Under the pieces are notes generated by a model. The model was not told the DNA's origin and made no database searches. It was given only the letters and a program-made list of their open reading frames with translations. Made by a program: the position numbers and the translations under genes. A DNA stretch of 50,485 bases, counting the filler, from Ionaspis alba (Eukaryota), in the NCBI GenBank assembly GCA_964255285.1. It is 2 parts of 2 records of this genome, joined end to end, with 100 filler letters (N's around TTAATTAATTAA, not from the genome) between each part and the next. Parts side by side here need not be neighbours in the genome. Positions count along the whole stretch, not along the records: positions 1 to 25,243 come from CAXUUL010000160.1; 1 more part is not named here. One strand, 5' to 3'. Shown here piece after piece: positions 10,338 through 22,728 of this stretch (positions are counted from its first letter, which is position 1; the number at the start of each line of letters is the position of its first letter).

Positions 10338-13222
10338 TCACCAGGATGTCAAATCATCTGCCACCTTGAATAGCCCGTTCTTCTTCTTCTCAATTGCCCA
10401 CTTCTCACACCAAGCCTTCATCTTCTCCCTCGACTTTGTCGAGCCGACATTCACCGTAGGAATGATCTTATCAATCCTCAGCGCACAGCAGAACATAGTC
10501 AGCTCTCGAAAGCTGCTGTGCTCGCTATATGGCACTCCGAAACAACTAGCTTCTCGAGTGCTCCCTCGCTGCGGAACCAGCTCAGCCATTGAGTACCGTG
10601 ACTTCCAATTGTCTGAATGGAGAACGGTCTGCACAGCTGGAGACTCGACAAAGCGGCTGTTCGGAGGGCGATAGTTCCAACCAGAGGGGCGGAAACCAAC
10701 AATTCGAGAAAAATGGGGTTTGTACCCAGTGAGATAGTCTGCTAAGGTCTCGGCCCGGATCTCCATGAGCATCTGCATGTGTACCTGAGCTTCCAGCGGG
10801 TCATCGGTCATCCTTGCCATGAGTTCCGGATCTTCGAGCGCGGCACAAATCTTCTGCTTGTTTGGTGGAGCGTAGATCTTGCTGTCAAGAGCTTTGGCAA
10901 TGCCAAGGCAAATTCTTTCCTTTCCAATGCTGTATGTGCCACAAATGACAAGGAGACGTCCTCGAGCTTTTGTGCCACTCTTCCTATTGACCTTCATGGC
11001 GTCGATGTCGTCCTCGTTCTCCTCTTCCTTGATAAGGTCGGAGTTCTTTCGAACGAACTTGACCATGCCGCTTCCCGCTCGGTCTTTCTTGGTCTGTTCC
11101 CAATCGTCCGTCTCGTCTATCCTGGCCTTACTCAGACTTACACACATGTCTGCACAAGCTTTGATGACCTCTTCCTGGCTCGGAAAAGCATATTTCGGCG
11201 TGAGATACGTAGTATCAAGGTAGCACACGTCAAGTTTCTGTTGACCGAGGCTCTTCCCAGTGACAGTATCGATGACATCGGGACGCAAAAGAGGATGCTG
11301 GACATGCGCCGGACATGCTCGGAAGTCGCCACAATGAAGTACGCGCTGGACTTTTGGAGTTCTGCCTTTCCCGATGGTTTTCTCGAAAAGGTAAAGAGAA
11401 CTTCCTGGACAATGGTTTGCGGGAATCATGGTGACGTTTACTCCTTCGGTGCCTGGAACCTCAAACCTCTGGCCAAATTCGAGATCTACTACCCACTTGG
11501 GGTCGACTCGTAATTGCCTCCTCACTAGGTTTGCAGTGACATGACTACAGTAGATGGGTCCGTGACACCAAGAAGAGGTAAGACCGATGTAGTGATCGCT
11601 GTGGAAATGGCTCAGGAAATAAGCATTGCAGCCTTCGACAGCCCCATATCGAAAGGCATCAACACAAATGAAGAAGCCTGGCATGATTTTATAGAAAGGG
11701 CACGTCCGCTGGAACGCAGGCTTACCCCTGGCAGCCATCTCAGCAGCTGCGGCATTTGCCCAAGCAGTATCCTCAGCGTGGGAGGACATCAGCTTGGAAA
11801 ATGCAGACGAGTTGGCTTGGGGCGTACCGCCAAAGGTGAATGGATTCTGTTGACCTGGTCTCGCAATTGCTGCGCGCTGGAATCGTTTGTGGGAAGGCAC
11901 CTTGATATCGGGTCTGTCTCCCTCCGTTTTTGTGATTGGTTCGAGTTTTGGTAGAGAAGTCGGCTTGCCATCGAGGCAGTTATTCACATGTATAGATGCT
12001 ACCTGTATACTGTAAGCGGACCGGATACGGGCAGTAAGGATGGTAGTCGACAGAGGCCGTTGGAAAGATCTGATATAGGGTCTGCTAGGTTGAGCGGGGC
12101 AGCTGTAACACTCACATCAGAGGATATACCATCAAGGCTAGCACTGCATATGGGACAAGAGCCTGCTTCTGAACGTGCAGTATCTAAACCCTCGACCGAT
12201 CCAACACCAGGTTCCTGCTTTATTGCAAACTCGTCTTCTTCCTCTTCTTCGTCCATACCAAGTTCCGTTCGGCGTTCGTAATCCATCCAAAGCCTTTCCA
12301 TGTATTCTTCACCGTCTTCTGGAAATTCATCGTCGATGAAATCCTCAATTCCATCAAAACCGTCCCCTCCAATTATGCTGGTTGATTCTCGACGAAGTGA
12401 TGGGATGAGTTGCGCATCATCATTCCGATGCTCGTCCACAGCTTCCTCTATACTGTCCTTTGGTACCACGGTTACTGATATTGTAGAAGGAGATCCATTA
12501 GCAAGTTTGCCGTCTCCAAAAGCGGCCAATTTCATATTTTTGATCATCTCATCGTCGCTCTCAGCATCATCCATAAATGGGCCACTTTCACAAGGATCGA
12601 TCGGCGTTATTTGACTGGCATCGGCACTCTCTGAACCAGACGATGACCGATTTTCTTTTCGAAATGCGGACTGCGAGCCCAAATTTGGAGATGGAAATAG
12701 GACCATCGCAGATCCTGCAAGCATCATACCACCCAGTTCGTCCGCTGAAGTAATACCTTCTACTTCGTCTGTACGCCGGCGCTTAAAGGCATGAGGACTT
12801 TCGTTGTACCGCATTTCCTCATCGTCGTCTAAATATCCCTGCTCCTCTGGCGGAGTCGGAACCTGTACAGGGCCAGACTTTGGTCCCTCTTCAGACTTCT
12901 CTTCAAAGAATAGACTGTCCTCATCCTGCTTCGGTGGCGTAGTCGTGAGCGTTGAGGGATCAGCCTTCTTGAAGAAACTCAAAATGCTCCCATTGGCCTT
13001 GCCCTTCATTTTATTGACTGTGCTCCGGCTACCAACCACCCCTCTAGAAGCACTTAGAGATTTGCCTAGCGATGGCCTGGGCACTGTAGCCGACGTGGAG
13101 GTCTCGATCGAATACATGCTCTGTTTCGGGGTTGAGGCGGGAGGCGTAGGTGCCCTGCCTGTCGAAGGCTTTGGCGACGAATCTAGGCTTGAGTTGATCT
13201 GTATTCGGGGTCTCCGAAACAT
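10338..13222 (-). CDS. PSO2: DNA interstrand cross-link repair nuclease Pso2/Snm1 (MBL + beta-CASP, UBZ-type zinc finger)
   Basis: Motifs FLSHFHSDHYIGL, ANHCPGS, LHCGDFR, YLDTTY and VPYSEHSSF. Splicing intron 12003-12115 joins CPICSASLDGISSD to VASIHVNNCLDG, completing the zinc finger. The exact start codon is uncertain. Confidence 0.93.
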
Positions 13223-13731
13223 ACTAGCACCAAGTTCCAAGCTCTGCAGTCGGACGAAGATTTTGGCATATCGTGGGTGGTCGAGCTATGGTAACAGTAC
13301 AGTCGGGAAAGGATCAACCAATTCCCACTATCAGTCAATCGCGAGATCACGGGTCTGACGACTGGCGCCTATTCCACAGGGCTGAAATTGGAGGCAGGTC
13401 ACGTAAACACATTTATGATTTGGACGTGCCTCCCGCTCTGATAAGTTATGAGCAATGCATGGATCAAGTAGTCTCAATGACTTCTAAAGTGTAGGGCCGA
13501 GGGCAAGTTCGAGTAATCCTCATGATCTTGCCCACCACACTCCAGATGTGTCACGCCTGGGATGGCACAATTTCCATAGCCAGCCACAATACCTTTGCTT
13601 CCAGGAACTTTCATGGCTCTGACGGCTCTACTTGATGTCTTTTTACTGGTACGCAGACGACTGTGTCTAGTGATGAGTGCACGGCGACCTATTGCTTCCT
13701 GTGGAATCCCACCTCAACCATTCGACTTCTG

Positions 13732-14237
13732 TCATCTCGCCTTCGAAGCCTGCTGTGACGCTTCTAATCAAAGAAAGGTTATTAGCAGAGCTCACTAATA
13801 GTGAGAATCCCACTATACCTCGTCTCGTTGCGTCTTCTAGTAACGCCGTGTCAACGGCAGCTCCAGGAAGATGAACATATCGAACCACGCTTCCTCGAAT
13901 GAAAACATTCTTGACGGAGGACTAGTATACATAATCGTCAGCTAGGGCCACACAGTCACCAGAGGCACATGTATCAATAAAAGTGCATCTGTAATAATCG
14001 TACAATGCAGAAAAGTACTAACCAGATGAGGATACTTCAATTCTTCGACCACTTGGATATCATCAAGCTTGATATTAAGAAACTGGTCAACGGATTTGAG
14101 GGTTCCTCGAATGGAGATATCGTTCTTCAGTTCGACGGTAACCTCATGATCCACCAGGGTCTTGAAGAAACTGTATTTCGGTTTCAGTGAACATTCAGAT
14201 TGGCTAGAAGGGGTAAATTTCACCTGAAGAAAAGCAT
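13732..14237 (-). CDS. LSM2: U6 snRNA-associated Sm-like protein Lsm2
   Basis: Four exons (14237-14224, 14170-14023, 13921-13819, 13763-13732) give MLFFSFFKTLVDHEVTVELKNDISIRGTLKSVDQFLNIKLDD...YPHLSSVKNVFIRGSVVRYVHLP...LLEDATRREASQQASKAR. Confidence 0.96.
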
Positions 14238-16822
14238 GGTGCAAACAGCTGGCCTTCGGTCAAAATGCTGAGACCTACTCAGCAGATAAGTCACTCGTTA
14301 CTGCCCGAAGTCAAGTCATGCGCAAGCTTGAGTCGGCAAGTCCCAAAAACTGCTGAAGCACCGCGGCAAGTAGCCGATCTGATGATGCCAAGCCCCGCCA
14401 AGAAGCCAGCAATGTTGTTTCCAATACATTGCCTTCGAATTCATAATGCAGCAGTGAACATGGTATAAAGACGAAATTTGCTATCAGTCTTTCCAGGAAG
14501 TCACTCTATATTAGAAGTACGAAATGGCGCACTTCGTAGGATGGGTTTCAAGTACGTTCGAATGATCATTTAGACCTCCCGTTCGACGGCTTGACAACGG
14601 CGTAAACCTGCCGCTCCTTCTCCACTCCAAGATTTCTTATTCTTGTTGAGAGTGCTGCGATTTTGGTAATTCTGACCGATATGCCATTTCTCTAAACGTT
14701 GGCTTGTTTGACTATGTTTTCCCTTCTGGATTTGAACAAACAAGAACAAGTACGTAGGAGCTTTCCTTGATGCACAAGGACTCAGACTCTGGGGACTGTG
14801 CTTTCGATTAAGAAATTGTCATATCTTCTCGCACGATACGGCAACTTCTAAGCATATACTACGGCCAGATAGAGGGAAATGGCAGAAAGCTAGATTCTCT
14901 CGAATAACTGAATGGAGTCGTGCTCGCCACCTAAAGTTCGCGAAGCCTCGGAGAGGCACAGAATCGAGGTTTCTTTCGTGGGTGTGTCGGTAGCACCTTG
15001 ATACAGACCTTCATCTACTCGGTGTTCCAACCTCCGGTGGTCTTACGGCAGTAATGTCTACCTCTAGCGAGGTTTGTCAGTCGACTACATGATTGTGCTT
15101 CGGCGACAATGACATCGCTGCGGCATCGTCTGGTCCAAGTTCGGGCGATCTCCGCATAAGAACAAACACATTGTGACTCAACTTTTATTTACTGATGCAT
15201 CTTGACGGTCATTGTCGCCGGGCACTAGCTTGGCAACGGCCTGCTCGCACATTAGACCAGCTGGGTCTTACTCGTAACATGCTATTCACTTGCTCGAGAA
15301 TCTCTATTTCCACGGTTATGGACCATGTTCTCTGAACGGCGTCTGCGACTCATTCTTTGCATGCTTCGCCACTGCAAAAGGAAACCATTTGAAGCTCACA
15401 TTCGTTAGACCTGCACCTCAAGATACGTACCACTTGAAAGGGGGGGATCCAAAGTTCTGGATCATTAGGCACCACCTCCAGATCCATCAGCTATCAGCAT
15501 AGGGTCTGACACGTGATTTTGGGTTCTGACAGAGTACGTGGCATTGGGTGATTTTCCAGATCTCGAGTTCCGTCGTTTGCATTGCAAAGAGCCTTTTATC
15601 TACACCATGGGCTGGCTGAAAATTAAGAGATGAGTTCCTATAACAGCGGCATAAGCCGTTGCCAGGGACACACTGGTACACAACCAGGGACGAAGCACAA
15701 TCCACTGGTTCGCCAAGACGGGGCCAAAGTCGAATACCTAGATATATGGGGTATTGGAGTTCGAAAGAGGAAATGTCATTTGGATGACAGACGAGCCATA
15801 CTTGGGCTGCGAAGTCACTTTGTAAGAGTATAAAGGCAGAGATTCGCTCCGCTACAGCGTGTGCTGTATTCATTCTGCCAGGTGCGTCAGGAATTGTCAT
15901 CCTCTATCATGTACCTGTTCTCCATGTTCGGATGACGGAGGACTTGGTCTTGACCACGAGTACGGTAGTCCAGTTACAGGGAGTGTCCACCCGTCCTCTT
16001 CATGCACTACCTGCTCAGCCTTGGAGCCAGCACTCGATTCTATCGTGGCCCGAGCGAAATGACACCACGCGAGCCGTCAGAGGTAAGAACATGCAGGAGC
16101 CTGTGGTGGCATCGCGGGAGGACTTGGGGGGCCTAATGATTTGTAATTTGCGTCAGCCTTCCAGCGGGAGTGGTTAACGGGGGAAATGATAATAGCGATC
16201 GCCGGGGAGGGAACTGTGGGAATGAATGACTAAGGCTGACGGATGAGCTCGCACTTCGCACATGGCTGACATTGGTCCCGACGGTTCACACCCTCCAATC
16301 CAGCGACGGTTGCCAGCCTCGCAGTAGTGGTCAAGAGCCAGTCAACTTAGCCTCCACCAAAAATACATCCCATCTCATCTTCCCTTTTCAACGGCGTTGC
16401 AAAAGTACTAGGTTGTGCGTGTACAGTGTCGAAGCCACCGACGACAGCCATGTCCGTCGGAGGCCGACATTTCGAGACGACAACTCCCTTTTCCTATATA
16501 GCAGCGACGACTCAGTCCTCCCAATACTGACTGAATCTCAACTTCGACTTCGATCTCGAGCGTCATTGCCCCGACCTCCTCTCTGCCCCTCGATCATCAA
16601 CGTCACACACGGTTCTCAACCTTTTGCGCAATCTTACCTGTAGCGACCCGTCCTCCCCTCACGCATAGTTGCGCCATAGAACATCATCAGATTGCCTGCA
16701 TTGCAGTTGCCGCGGTCGGATCGAACCTGAACAAATCATTTCTCTACCCTCGCTCACCTCTTCCAAACACCCCATCCGTCCTCCATCCCATCTCTCGGAC
16801 GGAGTGTTTCCCGATCACGGCC

Positions 16823-18287
16823 ATGTCGGCGGTGTCGCCGGTGGAGTCTGCTGGCGGTGGGCTTCACAATCAGCCTGCTGGCGGTAGCGGATATGGAAGT
16901 GGAGAATCTGCTGGTACCAAGAGCCCCTTGAGCATGAGCCTCGGCTTTCTCAAAGGTCTAACTCAAAGCAAAACCACTCGAGGTATGCAAACTGGATTCA
17001 TTCACGGTTACCACCCTCCATCTAACACCTGCGCGCTAGATGGGCAACCACCAAAACGACGGGGCCCTAAGCCCGATGCTAAACCAGCCCTTACCCGAAG
17101 ACAGGAACTCAATAGGCAAGCTCAAAGGTTGGTTTGTAGAACTCAATTTTTTGAGACGAGTCTGACCGAACGTGTCAAGGACGCACCGCGAACGGAAAGA
17201 AATCTATATCAAAGCACTCGAGGAACAGGTGATGCAGCTGAAAGAGACCTTCACTGGTACTGTCCAAGAGAAGAATGCTGTCTTGAATGAGAATCGCAAA
17301 CTCAAGGACTTGCTCCGCATGCACGGTATCAACTATAATAGCTCGGATCCAAGTACCTCTGGTGGAGCACCGACCACCTACGCGCCGAGCTCGACGGAGC
17401 GGTCAGGCAGCTATGGTTACAACCAAAGCTTCAGCCCTCCTCACTCCAACACGTCTGGGCAGATATCGCCCGGCACGCAAGACGCTATGCAAGCGGGCTC
17501 AGAGCTCTTGGGTGGCCCTCAACCACTCTTTCAACAACAGCAAGGTCATCAGCACCAATCTCAGCAGCAGCAGCAGCAACAACAACAACAACAACAACAA
17601 CAACAGCAAGCCTACGACCACGATCAACTCGGCGTAGACTTCGTCCTAGCGCAAGTGCCCCAGGCTTCCTACGCACGTTATCTTTCACCACCTACCCGTG
17701 CTCCCCCACCAACCCACCATCCTCTCTGAAGCAACCATTTTCCTCCTCTCTCACCTCCATAGACTGCTCCTCCGTTCCCCGGCTGACAGCGGGTGCGAGC
17801 AGTCTCGAACAACCCTGCATGGCCCACAAACAATACATGTGCGTGCGCTCGCAGACCGAAGTCGAACCATCTCCTTCGGGCCACGCTCTCATGGCCTCTT
17901 GTCCCCCTCTCTCTCATATTCGAAACCATCCTGACGAACCCTATCCGCACAAGGCGCTGAACATTCCCAACATGGATCTCATCAACTTGCTCACGCTCAG
18001 CCAGAGCTTGCCGCTCGATGGTGAGATCACGCCTGTGATGGCGCTCAACATGATTCGGAACCATCCTAGGTATGGGGACTTGACTTTAGCGGATTGGGAG
18101 TCGTTGATGACAGAGCTCAAGATGAAGACCAGGTGTTACGGGTATGTTCACTGATTTCTGGACTATCGCGGTGCAAGGTGACCGGTGACTGATGACTTGC
18201 TGCAGGTTCGGAGCCGTGCTCGAAGAGTTTGAGCTCAATGATGCCTTGAGCAGTGTCTTTGCTCCCAAGTTTGAGCCTTTTGTCTGA
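16823..18287 (+). CDS. flbB: bZIP developmental transcription factor, FlbB orthologue
   Basis: Five exons; introns 16983-17039, 17128-17179, 17651-17802 (GC-AG) and 18142-18205. The bZIP reads DGQPPKRRGPKPDAKPALTRRQELNRQAQRTHRERKE. C-terminal blocks VDFVLALEQPC, SGHALMASCPP, GEITPVMAL and RCYGFGAVLEEFEL match my recollection of Aspergillus FlbB. Confidence 0.88.
17562..17609 (+). repeat. CAG/CAA trinucleotide microsatellite encoding polyQ (16 Gln) in flbB
   Basis: (CAG)5(CAA)9 CAG CAA read directly from the sequence. Confidence 0.95.
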
Positions 18288-18997
18288 GTGATATTTACAG
18301 AGATTATCATTAGCGATATGTTTCATGACCTGATCGATATATCCCGGTAGCCTTAGCCCCAGCAAGTCACCAATTAGCATGAAGCTGTGGGAGTAGTGCA
18401 CTTTTTCGGCCATATTATCTCTATATATGTGTTTCTAGATTTCCTTAGAACACATAACTGTCATTACCGTTATATACACGCTTTGACACCTGCTGCGGAC
18501 TACATGCATATGCTGCCATCAACGTCTTTTTAATATATTAAGACCGACGCCCGATAGTCTCTGGGTACTGTCAGGTGATTATGCCATAACATTTGAGAAC
18601 AACTGCTTGCTGCAAGATCATCAAACTTGAATGAACGGTAGCACAATCCCACTCCACTCTAAGATCTAGTTGTGTTCATAGTAGAGCCGATCAAGACTTT
18701 GCTGCCCGATATTTCAGCGCGGCGGCCCTCGAGACGTCATGTATCTTAACTTGGTGTTTGATGGTTGTATAGTCCATTCATTATTCTAGATATGCTCTGA
18801 GATCGTGATATATACTGCGGTACCAGAAGTGGCGCGTGTATCCACGGCATTGATCCAAAATTAAAGTCTCGATACACGAGCTACGTTCCAAAAGATATCT
18901 CCGTTTGAGGTACCATGCTCGATGATTCGTCTCCTTCCAGCGTCACAAGCCCCAACGCTATTCTCCTTATATCTCTTCAACCTGAAAATTGAGGTTT

Positions 18998-21900
18998 TCA
19001 GCTGCCCTCCCAATTCCTCCACTCACACCCACAGCCACCTTCTCCTCCGTCAATACCACCAGGCCCTCCCTCCGCTAAGCTGACCTTTACATTACCAAAG
19101 ACCCCCAAAGCGGGATTGATCAATGCGCCACCAAATGCCCTATCTTCTAGCTGAATCTTCTTCTCATCTGATAAAACATGCTCTCTGTCATCGAGGCCGT
19201 AACAGAAGATCATTTTCTTCGTTATGTCTCCGCCATGGCGGTCGAGTGTGATAGTAATTGGGTAAGGGAAGGATCCAGGCCGTGCGAAGTCGTTGGCCGA
19301 TGAGGTACCTGGGTTGGACGTTTGAACTGGCTGAGAAGACGAGGTAGACGTAGGGTTTGGGCCCTGCAGTAAAGTCGTCGAGTTTCCACGGTTTGTCCAC
19401 ACTTGAACGAGGAACCTCGTTTGTGTCCAAGTGCAGCGGACTGTTGCTGCGTTCTCTTCCGAGCCGCCATTCTTGTCGTCAGGAACCTCTCCTACAGGGC
19501 TGGTGGTAACGTTCAGCAAAGCTGTCGATTTGAGGAAGATAGAGCGATCGAAGTAGGTGTAGAAGCCAAAGTGCTCGTTGTGGGTGCCACGGTTGTAGAG
19601 ACGAAGCGGTTGGGCTGATGGGAATGGAAGGAGATTTGCAGCGCCCACTGTTCCGTTTGGGTTGATAGGGGGAGATGGTATAGCACCTAAGACGTCGGGA
19701 AATTGGTCGGTTGAGTTTTGAGACTGGCGCTTCGAAATTTGGGCGGGAGGTGGGGTAGCGTCGAGGAAGCTCATGTAAAAAGGAGTGGATTCGCCGTCGA
19801 AAGGAATAAGAAGTTTGTCGGTCGTATTACCTAGAAAGGCCTGATCCTCTTGACTTGGAGGCGATGGATTAGCGGCGTATAAGGCATCGTTGAAGGCGTC
19901 TCTCTTCTGAAATAGGCGACGACGGATCATGCTAGTAGCAAGAACAGCATTTCCGAGCGCTGTCCGCGACCTCTTGACCTTTGACGTGAAATTACTCGAA
20001 GCTGTACTGTTCCGAAATCTAATCTCAACTCTGAAATTTGGCTGATCGGAGTCATTAGGTGCAATCAACGATTGCTGTTCCTTGGGCACCGCACAGCTCC
20101 ACATAGTCGAAGGATGTACGCATCCTGGATTCGCGACTGCAGCGTCTGGTCTTGCGATCGTAGCAATGCCTGTGGGTATTGGGGGATAACCAGTGATGTT
20201 CAGCCAGGAAGATTGAACTGGGATGTCTGTCCGCTTTCGTGTCAGAGTCATCGCAAGTGCGACAGTCAAGACAACCATCGCCAAAAGCGCGGTCGCGATT
20301 GCGAAGTAAAGGCATCTCTTCTTCCTCTTGTCACTCGGTTTGGCTTTTTCGAAGCAACCAAGCTTGGCTAATCCTTTTTTCGCAGGTATACCTCGACTAC
20401 GCTCGCCCTCTCGAGTGTATTGTTTCTCTTCGGCCTTGCTCTGTGATTTAGGAGGTGGAGGATAAAATTGAGCAAAGCCGATGTGCTCTGGCGATGGCCT
20501 GTATTCGGAGTGGCCAAAGTACTGGTTGACGTGGTAAATGTTGTGGGGTTGTCCAGCCATCGTCTCTCTGGTCATCGAGTTCATGGTGATATCTTCTTGC
20601 GCATTCATGCGTTTTTGCAAGCGGGGCCGTGATGGTTTAGGTTTAGCTGGCTCTACAGCATGAAGAGTATCATTGACAGCTTCGATTCCTTCGATTGTCT
20701 TCGCAGGATTTTCGTCATTCGGAGACGAGAAGGTTGNNNNNNNNNNNNNNNNNNNNNNNNNNNNNNNNNNNNNNNNNNNNNNNNNNNNNNNNNNNNNNNN
20801 NNNNNNNNNNNNNNNNNNNNNNNNNNNNNNNNNNNNTCGATTCCTTCGATTGTCTTCGCAGGATTTTCGTCATTCGGAGACGAGAAGGTTGTCAGCTGTC
20901 GCGGAACCGCTGGAGCTAGATCCGGCTGAAGCTCGGCCTCTCGCGAAAGTGCTGGTGGTAAGGAGTGCGACAACGATGCTCCTTCCAGAGATCTTGACTT
21001 CTCGTCTTGCACCGCAGGGACTGTTTTTATAGGAGGCCCAGCTCGTAGGACTGGGGCAGCTTTGGCTTCTTTGATTTCCGGTGTAGTTTCTTCCTCAAAA
21101 ATAGTGGCGTCACTGATGGGTCTAGGTTGCGATCCCTTGCTTTGAGAGAATGCAGCAGAGAATCGGTTGGCGGGCGTTTGATGGAAACTGTCGACCGCAC
21201 GAACATTTCCATTGTTACCCGATCTCATAAGTATGGCTTTGTCGGGCGCTCTCTGTTCGTTTTCAGTGTCCAACAATGCCGCACTCAACTTATCGTTGAA
21301 AGAGCAATCGTGGTTCTGACACATGAAGAAAGGGGTAGGGCTGTTTTGATCATGCCAACAAGCTTCGAAGTATTCTGATGCGGCTCCAAAGCCAGTAGTT
21401 TCCACGAATTCGGGACTGAGCACAAACTCTCCTCTGTGAGCATCAGCTGCAACTTGTTCATCGTGATGCAGCGACTCCTCTGGAGGAAATACCATTGAGC
21501 GACGTTCTGCTTCCCAGCGGCTTGTATTGGTCCAAGCACCGGAGGGAGCATGATTTTTGACGTCTTGGCCCACATCTAGCTCTTCTTTTTCGACGGGGGG
21601 TGAGTCTGTAAGTTTCGCGTCTCTAAAATTATGATTGTGGATCGGGGAAGCGCTATTTGTGACAGAAAGTGGTCGAGGTATATCATTCGAACTGTTCCTG
21701 GTGATGTTTGTATTTGAACGCTCGAGGAAGGGAGAGACTATTTGATTCCACCACCCACGTGACCGATGGCGGGTCGCTACCGTGTCAAGACTAGATCGCC
21801 CAAGCATCATTACTTGACTTTCTCCTGAATGACGCCGACGTTCAGCGAAAACGTCCGGAGCCTCATCCTCATCAATGTCCGTGGCCCAAGAAGTGACCCT

Positions 21901-22728
21901 TGCTTGAGAGACCATATTCTCTGCGTTTCCGACTCTGGTTGCGCCATGGCTATGTGGGATGTAGTTTGGTAAAGGTGGTATTTCTTGTGTTCGTGAGACG
22001 GGGTATGCGAATTGGGTAGCTTGGGAGTAGATGCTGGATGGCACCCTCTGCCGACTTCTCAATTTTCCTACTTCCTTCTCTGGCGGCCATGGGTCTCTTG
22101 TTTGAGCAGGAGTAATAACGATCTCAGGTGTGGACGGAATTCCCCCATCTCCTGCGGTTTGAGGTACAGCAAGCTTGTTTTCTGATTGATCCACTTCCTT
22201 GGGGATGGTCTCGGCGACCGCAAGGTTGGACGAAGGCATTGAGATGCCAATGACTAGAGTCCGATCCGAAGGAGAAAGCTCCGACCTTCGGCTTTCAGGC
22301 CGCTCAAGGCTCCCAATAGGTCCCTTTTGCCCCTCACTGCTTTTTTGTCTCCTGGCACGCGTCCTACGTTCTTGCAAGAGTTCTTGGCGCTCGTGTGCCA
22401 GGCGTTGGAGAGGAGCCTTCATTTTGCTTCCGGGCTTAGAGAAGCTTGTAACGACGTTCAACGCCGGTACTTGTGTTCGTCTATGCTCCATCGATCTTCC
22501 AACAGACCTTGTCACCTGCTCACTCGGTTCTCGAGAAAAATTATTAGGGATGTGGTCTGAGGCCTGTTTCCCAAGGACCACGTCGACCTGATGGTGTGAA
22601 GAATTTTGACTAGCCTTCCGAAACATCCATCTGCCTGATGAATCAAATCCATCATTGTTAACTGACTTGAATGAAGAAACAGGCATTCGTGGTAATGGTT
22701 TGGTGGGAGCTGGGCGCTCTGAAGGCAT
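18998..22728 (-). CDS. Conserved fungal single-pass membrane protein (~1191 aa after removing a false gap); function unknown
   Basis: ORFs 20653-22728 and 18998-20620 fuse in frame once the duplicated 55-bp gap flank is collapsed. A long low-complexity N-terminus leads to KRKKR and TM CLYFAIATALLAMVVLTVALAMTLT. The Cys-containing C-terminal domain has MWSCAVPKE, CTWTQTRFLVQVW, GSFPYPITITLDRHGG and GGCGCEW. Confidence 0.8.
20737..20836. other. Assembly gap (100 N) with overlapping flanks (false gap)
   Basis: 20682-20736 is identical to 20837-20891. Confidence 0.97.

Noticed and set aside
10779..13358. Long plus-strand ORFs (244, 184, 137 aa)
   Set aside because: They are antisense shadows of PSO2 with no recognisable motifs.
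20682..20891. 55-bp direct repeat as LTR, TSD or CRISPR-like repeat
   Set aside because: It is a contig-end overlap artefact; collapsing it restores one ORF.
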